Positions 55,130 through 64,000 of a DNA stretch of 64,000 nucleotides are shown here, in pieces. The DNA comes from a virus. The stretch's first letter is position 1, and each line of letters begins with the position of its first letter. The notes under the pieces are model-generated. The model was not told where the DNA came from. It made no database searches and was given only the letters and a program-made list of their open reading frames with translations. The stretch is from IMG/VR virus record IMGVR_UViG_3300046804_003780; one strand, written 5' to 3'. The position numbers and the translations under genes are program-made.

Positions 55130-58015
55130 TTAACCATATAATTCTTTGTATGCTGATTCTACTGCTGTTTCTAAATTGTCAACCTCACGAATTGAATCTT
55201 TATAATCACGTAACGCATTGGTTGCCTGCAATGAATTACCTCCGTGTGTAGTTACTGCTTCTTTCCATTTTATTTTATTTTCTCGTCTTTGGTTTACTGC
55301 AACATCTAATTGCGCCCTTAAATCGTTATATTGTTCAAGAACTTCGGCTTTTGGTGGTTTACTTTCTTCGCTGTCTGAGTAAGGTAAAGCAATTCTGCTG
55401 TCGTTGTATATTGCTGTGGTGCCTGATTTAATTGAACTTCTATCAACTGTTTTTGTTGCCGCTGTGGGCATTTTAATTGGGCTTGCTCCATTTGATGCTA
55501 TAGCCTTACTAGCACTTTCTATTGTTGATGAAGTGTCAGCAGGCGCAGATTCTAATGCTGCATTTACTAGTCCCGCTGATGCGACTTGAGAATTATTTAG
55601 AGTAGGAAATTGCTGTCCGGTATAAGATGAACTAACATTATTACTAATAGCGTTGTCACCACCTTTTAATCCTCCAATTGCACCGCCTGAATTCTGAGTA
55701 TTTTTACCATTTAAGGCAGCTAAATTTTGTGGTTTGCCTGCAGACAGTTTGGTATAACTATTTTTAATTGCATTAAAAACAGTAGCGGCACCGCCTAAAA
55801 TTGCAGCACCAATAGCAGCACCTGAATTAATTACCGATCCTACCATCGACCCCACTGGACTTACATTTTTTTCTGCCATGTTCGCAGCATAATTTCCAGA
55901 AGATATTGATGCAGCAATTGCTCCGTTATTACTCTGAGTTAGTGGAGTAATATTTGAACCTGAAACCCCGTTTACATATGAGGTAACTGGACCTATTCCA
56001 TATGTAGCTGTACTGTTTACTAATCCTGCAATTTGTGTAGGACTCTCATTACCTCTAATAACTCCTGATCCTTGTAATTGATTATAGCTACTATTCATTA
56101 AATTTACTTGAGTAGCTGTCTGCGCTTTACTACTTTTGTTGTAGTCATTAACATTTGTAATACCCTCTTTGCCTGTAAACAGATTAGGAGGCATTGCCTG
56201 ATCTAAAGATTTATTATTTTGTATTAAATTATTTGCAACTACACTTGAGCCAGGCTTAAGAACACCGGCATCTTCAAGTTGTTTTGGAGAATGACCTAAC
56301 TTACCTAATACCGCCGACTTACTTCCATTATTTGAGACAATACCTCCACCTGCTAATGATGCAGAACCTTTAATTGGATCTGTTCCTGCATTTACCGCTG
56401 CTTGTGACACAACCGCTGACGTAGTTGTTTTGTTAAAATTACCTTTTGCAGAAGTTGCGTTAGGAACTGTTGATGATATAGAAGGTGTTGTTGTTTTAAC
56501 TGGAACACTTGATGTTGTTGTATTTGTTGTTTGTACTGATGCAGGTGGAGTAGATGGTAAATTACTTGACGCTGACTCATCTATTTTTACATCAACACCT
56601 TTATTAGCATCTGTCCATGGTGTGTGGGCAGGTACACGTGAATTAATGCTAGGCAACTTAGAGGGCGCAGGTACCCAACCTTGTGTAGAATCAAATAATG
56701 TATCGGTATGCTGTACAATTGGCAAAGGTTTTACATCTGCAGGAGTAGTTGGGGAACTTCCTGTATTCAAATTAATTTTACTTCCATTTATATATGTAAC
56801 CGCGTCGCTTTTAAACGATGAATTACTTTTAGACAAAAAACTCATTGATTGATCAACTTTTACTGTGTGATTTTTCACTGTTTGTTGGCTAAAATTTTCA
56901 CCAACTCTAACATTGGTATTTTTATCACTGTTAACATTTATTTCTTCAGCATAAATGTTTAATTGTTTTTTTGCATTTATGTTGATATTGTTATCTGCAT
57001 GTAAATTAAGATCACCTTTCGTTCTTAAATTAAAACTATTGGTTGCGTAAATATCTATGGTACCCTCTTTACCAAACTCAATATAACTTTGTCCGTTACT
57101 GTGTATAATGAAAAGTGTTTGCCCATCATCACTCATCGTAATTTGATGACCACCTGCACTACGTATTCTTACTAAATTATTCTGGCCAAACAAATCCCCA
57201 TCGTCAAAAACTAATGTGTGTCCACCTTTACGTCCTACTAGTTTGGCTTGTTCAGTTGAAGATGAATCAACATTTTTAGCTAACTCAGTTTCACTACCAC
57301 CTGACACTCCCTTGTATATTGGTCTACCAGGTGTTGATATTCCAAAAACTTGTGATGGACTTTCTCTAGTTGAACTGCTTGTAATTGTGCCTCGTATAGG
57401 ATCTCGTATCAATCCCTGTTGCCAAAGTTGTGCTCCAACTATTTTATGAACAGGTTTAGCCTGATCGTAAAAGGTAGGAGTATTATATAGTTGGTTATTC
57501 TGAATATTCATTTCTACAGTTGGCAAGCTTGTGGCTCCACCAAACTTAGATGCTTCAGCCTCTTCCATTATGACATCATTGGTTGATCCTATTGCAGGGA
57601 CCATTGTTGTCACGCCAGGTTGTGGTATACAGCCAATGTAATATCCAAAATCTTTTTTTCCGTATAAAAATAAACAAACCACCTCTGAACCAATATCAGG
57701 TGATGTGGCCCAAAAACCATATGAATGTGGATTTTCTAAAAAAGTACCGTATGAAGAATTATTTGTATTATTTGGAGAATAATCTCCTGGTAAAAAACCA
57801 TAAAAAGGAGAGAGATAACTGACTGTCACCCATGAACTTGAATCATTAGGATCAGTTGCTCCAAAATCTGCTATATAAACCTTAATTCTTCCTGTACGAA
57901 TTGTGTCAACGTTTTGTTTTACTACCCCCTTAACAGCGAAGGGATAGGAGATCGATCCGCCTGCATTAGGTTTATATTGTTCAGTAGTACCAGACGTTTT
58001 AATTATATTATCCAT
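55130..58015 (-). CDS. Baseplate hub / spike protein, gp5/VgrG-like
   Basis: OB-fold GRIKVYI...PDIGSEV; GHTLVFDD, RIRSAGGHQITMSD and beta-helix repeats. Confidence 0.82.
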   Translation of the reverse strand: MDNIIKTSGTTEQYKPNAGGSISYPFAVKGVVKQNVDTIRTGRIKVYIADFGATDPNDSSSWVTVSYLSPFYGFLPGDYSPNNTNNSSYGTFLENPHSYGFWATSPDIGSEVVCLFLYGKKDFGYYIGCIPQPGVTTMVPAIGSTNDVIMEEAEASKFGGATSLPTVEMNIQNNQLYNTPTFYDQAKPVHKIVGAQLWQQGLIRDPIRGTITSSSTRESPSQVFGISTPGRPIYKGVSGGSETELAKNVDSSSTEQAKLVGRKGGHTLVFDDGDLFGQNNLVRIRSAGGHQITMSDDGQTLFIIHSNGQSYIEFGKEGTIDIYATNSFNLRTKGDLNLHADNNININAKKQLNIYAEEINVNSDKNTNVRVGENFSQQTVKNHTVKVDQSMSFLSKSNSSFKSDAVTYINGSKINLNTGSSPTTPADVKPLPIVQHTDTLFDSTQGWVPAPSKLPSINSRVPAHTPWTDANKGVDVKIDESASSNLPSTPPASVQTTNTTTSSVPVKTTTPSISSTVPNATSAKGNFNKTTTSAVVSQAAVNAGTDPIKGSASLAGGGIVSNNGSKSAVLGKLGHSPKQLEDAGVLKPGSSVVANNLIQNNKSLDQAMPPNLFTGKEGITNVNDYNKSSKAQTATQVNLMNSSYNQLQGSGVIRGNESPTQIAGLVNSTATYGIGPVTSYVNGVSGSNITPLTQSNNGAIAASISSGNYAANMAEKNVSPVGSMVGSVINSGAAIGAAILGGAATVFNAIKNSYTKLSAGKPQNLAALNGKNTQNSGGAIGGLKGGDNAISNNVSSSYTGQQFPTLNNSQVASAGLVNAALESAPADTSSTIESASKAIASNGASPIKMPTAATKTVDRSSIKSGTTAIYNDSRIALPYSDSEESKPPKAEVLEQYNDLRAQLDVAVNQRRENKIKWKEAVTTHGGNSLQATNALRDYKDSIREVDNLETAVESAYKELYG

Positions 58016-58024
58016 TTTATACCT

Positions 58025-60388
58025 TTAAACTGCACGGCCCTCTTGATTTACTCGTATAAAGTCTCTTACTAACGTGTCAGATTGTATTGAATCATCATCT
58101 ACTACACTACTATTATAGGCGGATAGATTATCTAGTGCAACATTGTCTCCTACTGTTGAGGTAGCTGGGCTAGCACTTTCATTTGTTAACCTAGTACCAA
58201 CTGACCGTTGAGTAGGTTGCCAGTATGTCGCAGGTGTTGACTGCTCTGATTGCAATGATTCATTAATCGGGAATGATTGATTACCAAAGCCAGATATGTT
58301 TGTACCTAAGCTTTCCGCTTGATTTTCGCTAGTTTCTCTTCCCTCACTATTTGTTGAAGATTTTGGTTTAATATTAGGATCGCTCCATAAAACTAAATCT
58401 AAGTCTTGTGTAAATCTACCTTTACTGAATGAACTAACCACGCTTAATACCATATATACAAGACCTGTAACATTTTCTTTTTTTCTGTATGAATTTTGAG
58501 GTATTGAATCAGTATCATAAAAAGTAATATTTTTATTAATTGTCATCAAACCAGTATTAATATTGTAATCAACTCCTTCATAAAAATTGATTTCAATGAA
58601 AATTTGTCCGCCCATTGGGTTAATGGCTAAGTTATCACCATATGCTGCTTCACGCGGAGTACTTGCATTTTTAGCAGTACCGATTGATGTCATCAAATAA
58701 TCAGGATCTCCCATTATTTGCAACTTAGCTTTTATTTGATCACCTGGACTGTATAAATTTGTTTTGATTGAACCAACAGGTATTCCTCCCTTTGATGCTT
58801 GTGTTTCCATAGAAACATTTTTAATTCCAGGAACAATTGGAGTATTACTCATCCCGTCGTTTTCTTGTTCCTTTTGATCATCAGAACCACCTGGTAAAAA
58901 ATACAGAGAATTATAGCTTGTTTCAAAATTTAAGACCTCTGTGTTCAATCCTGTAAAATAATAATTATAAATTTTATATGGCCCATAATAATCAGATTTA
59001 TTTTGAGGATTTACAAAAACTGATTTTACGTAGGGTATTCTATATGGAGCTACATAATAGGTTATATCAAACACATAATCATTTCTTTTTTTATCATATC
59101 CTTTAGGTTTTACTACTGGATTAATTGAATACCAATCAAGTATTTTAGAACCTTGATTTCCTTCCTGAGGTTTATCTTCTAAAATTTCATCTTCAGTGTA
59201 AATTGTATCCAATGCTTTAACTACATACTCACTCTGTAATATTACATTATCAATAAATTTTGTTAATGTCATTCCACCTGCTACTGCTAAAGTTCTAGTG
59301 TTAGGATTATATGTTAAATTTTTTCTACTATCCTTTCCACTAATTTGACTACTAGTAGTAGGTGTTCCCATTACGGCTTTTTCTTTATCATATCTTTCTG
59401 AAGAAGTTAGCTTTGCAAATTTGATTCTATCATCTATGACAATATTATATGTGTTAGTGTAATTAGCTTTTCCATTATTAAATAATTGTTGTTCACGCTC
59501 ATTTAAAACCTGCACAATACCTTTAGCGTTTGGATTATCTGCTTCATCTTCATTACCAACTAAAACTTCGCCAACAGTTGTACCTGAAACTTCTCTATCT
59601 TCAGGAATCATATTTCTTTTTACACCAATAGCTTCTTGTACTGATGTGACTGAAGCTTTAATAGTGTATGTTGTACTTTTACCGTCTAAGCGAAATGAAA
59701 AATCTGTAATGGTTAAAGGAAAGAAACTTGCATTACTACCTATCTTATTTGAAATAGCTCCTTGACCTGTACTTGAGTAGAGTCCAGTTTCACGTCCTGG
59801 TATAATTTCTTGTAATGGATTGCCTGCATCATCATATCCTAAAAAACTAATAGAGAGAACAAAAAATTGTCTTACACTATCTTTATTATCCTGTATGCCA
59901 GGCAAGCTACTTTGTTGTCCTATTTCCAAAGCTCGTTGTTTTAATACGCTAGTAAAGCTGAAGCCTAAAGGCTCATATATCTTAAATTCAAAATTAATTG
60001 AATTTACTGGTGCTTCCATTGCTTTAGGATTACAAAATGTCTTAAAAGTTAAATCGTCTATAAAATATTCTGCATTTTCATTTATCCTTGGAGCTTCACT
60101 CTGAGATGGGGTTCCACCTGATTCAGCAACAGTGTAAAAACCTTCATTGTTTCCTATATTAGTCATACCAGATTCTATGAATCTTGTATAAGCTTCGGAC
60201 GTTACCATATATAATGTTAACTTGTACGTGAAGCTAGCAAATTCAGTTAGTGGATTTTTAGGTCTGCCATCATAAAGTGCTAGTAGATAATCATTATCTG
60301 CCTGACCAGTGACTACAATAGGATTTTGTCCAACTGGTTCATCAGCTGGTGCATATCCATCATCCGATACTTGATTTTCATCTGCCAT
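58025..60388 (-). CDS. Baseplate hub protein (gp27/VgrG-N-like position)
   Basis: FKIYEPLG, IMGDP, GLVYMV..V.S.FSKGRFTQ.L; lies between gp53-like and gp5-like genes. Confidence 0.6.
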   Translation of the reverse strand: MADENQVSDDGYAPADEPVGQNPIVVTGQADNDYLLALYDGRPKNPLTEFASFTYKLTLYMVTSEAYTRFIESGMTNIGNNEGFYTVAESGGTPSQSEAPRINENAEYFIDDLTFKTFCNPKAMEAPVNSINFEFKIYEPLGFSFTSVLKQRALEIGQQSSLPGIQDNKDSVRQFFVLSISFLGYDDAGNPLQEIIPGRETGLYSSTGQGAISNKIGSNASFFPLTITDFSFRLDGKSTTYTIKASVTSVQEAIGVKRNMIPEDREVSGTTVGEVLVGNEDEADNPNAKGIVQVLNEREQQLFNNGKANYTNTYNIVIDDRIKFAKLTSSERYDKEKAVMGTPTTSSQISGKDSRKNLTYNPNTRTLAVAGGMTLTKFIDNVILQSEYVVKALDTIYTEDEILEDKPQEGNQGSKILDWYSINPVVKPKGYDKKRNDYVFDITYYVAPYRIPYVKSVFVNPQNKSDYYGPYKIYNYYFTGLNTEVLNFETSYNSLYFLPGGSDDQKEQENDGMSNTPIVPGIKNVSMETQASKGGIPVGSIKTNLYSPGDQIKAKLQIMGDPDYLMTSIGTAKNASTPREAAYGDNLAINPMGGQIFIEINFYEGVDYNINTGLMTINKNITFYDTDSIPQNSYRKKENVTGLVYMVLSVVSSFSKGRFTQDLDLVLWSDPNIKPKSSTNSEGRETSENQAESLGTNISGFGNQSFPINESLQSEQSTPATYWQPTQRSVGTRLTNESASPATSTVGDNVALDNLSAYNSSVVDDDSIQSDTLVRDFIRVNQEGRAV

Positions 60389-60389
60389 T

Positions 60390-60689
60390 TTATATACCGT
60401 AAACTGCTGTTAGTGTTTCTTGTTGTGGCAAATAAATTTTAACTCCAGTTACAAAATCAAAAAGTGGATCCTGTAATCTGTTTGGATTTCTTTGAGCAAA
60501 CACCCACCACAATGATGGATTACCATACAGATCATATGCTAATAAATCTGGACGTAGATTATAAGTAGGTGTAATTTCCCAAAATAGGTCGTCAGCTTTT
60601 TTAGGCAAAGGTCTATCTACCATTATATCTAAAAATTGATTATTGACAATATCTGTTAAGTGATAAGGACTTGATGAAGGATAAAGCAT
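60390..60689 (-). CDS. LysM-like baseplate wedge protein, gp53-like
   Basis: RPDLLAYDLYGNPSLWWVF..RN motif; TAATG coupling. Confidence 0.82.
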   Translation of the reverse strand: MLYPSSSPYHLTDIVNNQFLDIMVDRPLPKKADDLFWEITPTYNLRPDLLAYDLYGNPSLWWVFAQRNPNRLQDPLFDFVTGVKIYLPQQETLTAVYGI

Positions 60690-62056
60690 TACCAAATACC
60701 TCCTATATCTGATTTGTTGGAACCAACACTCAATCTACCGGATGCATATTGTTTTAAGCTAAATGCATTTGCCATCGCAAATCTTGATATGATTGGTATA
60801 CAACCTATTTGAATTTGTATTTTTGTAGGTACATAGGTTGGATTAGAGACCTCTCCCCTTTGGAACACTGGTCTAGACGATCTTGCACCTGGTGTTAAAC
60901 CTGCATTTTTTAGTCTAAAAAATGAAGATAGCAAAGTTCCAATTGATGAGCCTCCTAAAATATTTTTTGGCGTATTAGTTTGAGTTTCAATATTAGTGCC
61001 TCCCATATTTGCTATAACACCAGCCTTTATATAATCAACATCACTAGGTAAACTGTAAGAAAAGGATGTTATTGCTACCGGATGATAGTTAAATTGATAT
61101 TGACCAAAACCAGACAAATAGCATAATGGCGGTGGTGTTCCACGTATTGGGTTTTCATCACCTCCGTAAAACATTTTTGTAACAGACTTAAAAAAATGTA
61201 TAACTGCTAAAAGATAATTTGCCTCAAAAGTGTCTTGAGCAGTAAATTCTCCAGATATACTAATTTCGCCTACATTACTATTTTTATACTGATAAATTCT
61301 GTAATTGGTATGGGCTACATCAGTTGGTTCATAGTTGGCATTATATGAAACTGAAACTTGTGGGACATAAGGAAATATAACTCCTTGTGTCGTATTTAAA
61401 GGATTTAAAATATGTGATGCACTACGTGCTTCAGGGTCATTGTATAGGTATGTAGAACCTGGTGCTAAACTTATCCTAAATCTCCAATCCTGTTGAGCTA
61501 AAAATTGAGCCTGTTCTCGTTGAACTGATTGCTCTTGTGTAGAAATTAATCCACCTAAATTAACTCCCGACGCCGGATCCTCAAGGTTGGCTTGTTTAAA
61601 ATTAGTTTGTCGGTAGTAATCACTAGTAATTGTTGTGCCCTGTGGTTCCACTGAAGGATTTACAGGATTGGCAAAAACATTAAGTTTTTGATCTTCCACC
61701 GTAGTAAGTCCTGCTGTTCTTCTAGTTGGATCGTATACTCCTTCAGGAATCCTAAATCCATTATCTGCTGCTGGTACATAAGGTTGTGTATTGGTTGGAC
61801 TAGATAAAGTCTGCGGAATTTGAAAATTAGCTGCAGTTACAAGTGTTCCAGAGGGAGCAAAAATTGTCGTGTTTACATTAGTTGGAGTAGGATTTTCAAC
61901 CAAATACCCGATAGGTGAGGATCTATAATATCCTGCTTCAGTGCTTGAAATACCAGCCTGATTTAATAATTCAGTATTATTTAAATTGGGACTAGATTGA
62001 CGTAATTCGTTGTACGCCTGTGCTTTATCTGGATCATACCCATTGACAAATGCCAT
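60689..62056 (-). CDS. Tail tube initiator / baseplate-tube junction protein (gp48/gp54-like)
   Basis: FPYVPQV, GTPPPLCYL, P.AITSFSYSLP, VPT motifs. Confidence 0.65.
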   Translation of the reverse strand: MAFVNGYDPDKAQAYNELRQSSPNLNNTELLNQAGISSTEAGYYRSSPIGYLVENPTPTNVNTTIFAPSGTLVTAANFQIPQTLSSPTNTQPYVPAADNGFRIPEGVYDPTRRTAGLTTVEDQKLNVFANPVNPSVEPQGTTITSDYYRQTNFKQANLEDPASGVNLGGLISTQEQSVQREQAQFLAQQDWRFRISLAPGSTYLYNDPEARSASHILNPLNTTQGVIFPYVPQVSVSYNANYEPTDVAHTNYRIYQYKNSNVGEISISGEFTAQDTFEANYLLAVIHFFKSVTKMFYGGDENPIRGTPPPLCYLSGFGQYQFNYHPVAITSFSYSLPSDVDYIKAGVIANMGGTNIETQTNTPKNILGGSSIGTLLSSFFRLKNAGLTPGARSSRPVFQRGEVSNPTYVPTKIQIQIGCIPIISRFAMANAFSLKQYASGRLSVGSNKSDIGGIW

Positions 62057-62127
62057 ATATTTTTCCTCTTATTTTAATATTTATCGCTAAATAATATGAC
62101 GTTTTTTACCTTTTCTCGTAAAAAGCC

Positions 62128-62157
62128 TTGCAAAATCATCAACTTCTCTGTTAAAAT
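62128..62157 (+). promoter_or_regulatory. Sigma70-type promoter of the late sigma gene
   Basis: TTGCAA-18 nt-TAAAAT with TGn extension. Confidence 0.55.
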
Positions 62158-62181
62158 AATAACAACTAACTCATAAAAGAC

Positions 62182-63078
62182 ATGACCATTACACCCAAAA
62201 AACCTATAAATTACTTAAACAACAAAGATATTTTAAAAGAAATACACGCCAGCAAAAACTCATATTGTACATATTTGGATAAACTAAATGATCACAAATA
62301 CGACTTTATTGTGGATATGCCGCATGCTAGTATTGAAGAAAGTCTAAAATATGCGGCGAAGCCTAAAATAATAAAAGAAGCAAAAGAAAATAGAGCAGCT
62401 AGACTAAGCATAGAAACAGGAACTACAGTTAATCCTAAGAAAATTTCGAATTCTGATTTGGTGTTTAGAGTCATGACCTGGGATCATATTCCTGTTGCAC
62501 CTAAGCAACCAAGAAAGGTTGAAAAGAAAAAATCAGCAAAAGATATATTTGAATTTGAAGATACTACTGAAGATATATTTGTTGATTTGGACGACCCTAC
62601 TACCAAAGATGAAGTTGATGACATGGTTCATGTACGTGTCAACTTCCCACCATTTCAACATTTTCGTATGGACGAAAATAAAACCTTTCACTGTATAGGC
62701 AAAAGTCATTGGTCGGGTGATATAAAAAATGGAGTTTTTAATAAAGATCACGGAAACATCACAGACAAATTAGCAAGAATGTATATCATGTTATGCGAAA
62801 AATACGCTATGAAATTCAACTGGCGTGGGTATACGTACAACGATGAAATGCGTAACAGTGCTATCCTACAACTTACGTATGTTGGATTGAGATTTAACGA
62901 AGCAAAATCTCAAAACCCATTTGCATACTACACAGCCGCTATCACAAATAGTTTTTGTAGGGTATTAAATTCTGAAAAACGAAATCAAAATATACGTGAT
63001 GATATACTTGAAATAAACGGATTGAACCCAAGTTGGAGTCGCCAAAGCAGCGAGGGCTTTTCTACTTATGAGGAATAG
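62182..63078 (+). CDS. gp55: T4 gp55-like late-transcription sigma factor with a large internal insertion
   Basis: NYLNNKDIL; FNWRGYTYNDEM; FNEAKSQNPFAYYT...NSF...EKR; adjacent to gp47 as in T4-like genomes. Confidence 0.88.
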   Translation: MTITPKKPINYLNNKDILKEIHASKNSYCTYLDKLNDHKYDFIVDMPHASIEESLKYAAKPKIIKEAKENRAARLSIETGTTVNPKKISNSDLVFRVMTWDHIPVAPKQPRKVEKKKSAKDIFEFEDTTEDIFVDLDDPTTKDEVDDMVHVRVNFPPFQHFRMDENKTFHCIGKSHWSGDIKNGVFNKDHGNITDKLARMYIMLCEKYAMKFNWRGYTYNDEMRNSAILQLTYVGLRFNEAKSQNPFAYYTAAITNSFCRVLNSEKRNQNIRDDILEINGLNPSWSRQSSEGFSTYEE

Positions 63079-63087
63079 CCAATCAGT

Positions 63088-63116
63088 TTGCTTTACTGTT
63101 TTAAAATTGTTATCAT
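63088..63116 (+). promoter_or_regulatory. Sigma70-type promoter of gp47, probably giving a leaderless mRNA
   Basis: TTGCTT-17 nt-TATCAT, ATG 6 nt later, no RBS. Confidence 0.55.
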
Positions 63117-63122
63117 ACCCGT

Positions 63123-64000
63123 ATGGCAAATTTATTTAATAAAGCAGCAGTATTCACTGATATACATTTTGGATTAAAATCTAACAGTTTACAACACAAT
63201 CAAGATTGCGAAAAATTTGTAGATTGGTTTGTATCTGAAGCAAAAAGTAAAGGGTGCGAGACTTGTTTCTTTTTAGGAGACTACAATCACCATCGTGCTA
63301 GCATCAACATTCATACTATGCAGTTTGGATTGAGGGCTTTGGAGAAATTAAATGATAATTTTGATCAAGTATATTTTATACCAGGCAATCACGATCTTTA
63401 TTATCGTGACCGTCGGGACATTCATAGTATTGAGTGGGCTAGACATTTACCGAAAGTTAAAATAATAAATGATTGGTATATAACACAAGACGTAGTAATT
63501 GCTCCATGGCTCGTACAAGAAGATTGGAAAAAGTTACAAAAACTAAGTGGAAAATATCTATTTGGTCATTTTGAATTACCAAACTATTTTATGAATGCTA
63601 TGGTAGAAATGCCTGATCATGGTGAGTTAAACGATGCTCACATGGTAGGATTTGAAAAAGTTTTTACAGGACATTTTCATAAACGTCAATCAAGACGTAA
63701 TGTTTGGTATATAGGTAACGCATTTCCACACAATTATGCAGATGCAGGAGACGATGCCCGTGGCATGATGATTCTTGAATATGGCGGCGAACCTGAATTT
63801 CATAGCTGGCCAAATCAACCTAAATATCGTGTTTATAAACTAAGTGAAATATTAGAAAACCCCGAAGGACTGTTACTGAAAGATAGTCATGTAAGAGTTC
63901 ATTTAGACATAGATATAAGTTATGAAGAAGCAAATTTTATTCGTGAAACATTAATACCACAACATAATTTACGTGAAATGGCATTGATACCAATGAAACT
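63123..64000 (+). CDS. gp47: Recombination endonuclease subunit (gp47/Mre11/SbcD-like), runs off the window edge
   Basis: TDIHFG, FLGD, GNHD, GHFE, TGHFH, YIGN; open frame from ATG 63123. Confidence 0.92.
   Translation, partial: MANLFNKAAVFTDIHFGLKSNSLQHNQDCEKFVDWFVSEAKSKGCETCFFLGDYNHHRASINIHTMQFGLRALEKLNDNFDQVYFIPGNHDLYYRDRRDIHSIEWARHLPKVKIINDWYITQDVVIAPWLVQEDWKKLQKLSGKYLFGHFELPNYFMNAMVEMPDHGELNDAHMVGFEKVFTGHFHKRQSRRNVWYIGNAFPHNYADAGDDARGMMILEYGGEPEFHSWPNQPKYRVYKLSEILENPEGLLLKDSHVRVHLDIDISYEEANFIRETLIPQHNLREMALIPMK

Noticed and set aside
1-64000. Stop-codon reassignment
   Set aside because: Code 11 gives near-complete coding density including a 5284-aa ORF, and TAA, TAG and TGA all end genes

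Overview
AT-rich, densely coding 64 kb segment of a large T4-superfamily (jumbo myovirus-like) bacteriophage read in the standard genetic code. The host is probably a Gram-negative freshwater-type Betaproteobacterium; this is inferred from the spanins, the PstS/OprO-type porin and the ANDE.FALAA-type tmRNA tag. Left to right: small late/virion genes, including a protein with a eukaryote-style ubiquitin-fold domain; thermonuclease, spanins, NDP-sugar epimerase and thyA; an early island (AAA+ ATPase, peptidase-vWA, small ORFs) behind four near-consensus sigma70 promoters; a serine-glyoxylate aminotransferase; a tail-fibre cassette; a Pho-box-preceded phosphate cassette (pstS, phosphate porin, PlcP-like phosphoesterase, GT2); a circularly permuted two-piece tmRNA whose intervening segment is filled by a 24-codon membrane-peptide ORF; a glycosyltransferase/radical-SAM cluster; the baseplate module (5284-aa wedge protein, gp6, gp25, gp5, hub, gp53, gp48/54-like); then a gp55-like late sigma factor and a gp47 nuclease. 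The strongest candidates for new biology are the peptide-encoding permuted tmRNA locus, the Pho-box/late-promoter phosphate-scavenging and lipid-remodelling cassette, the ubiquitin-like protein, and apparently leaderless late transcription. All protein calls come from motif recognition by eye; no database searches were run.
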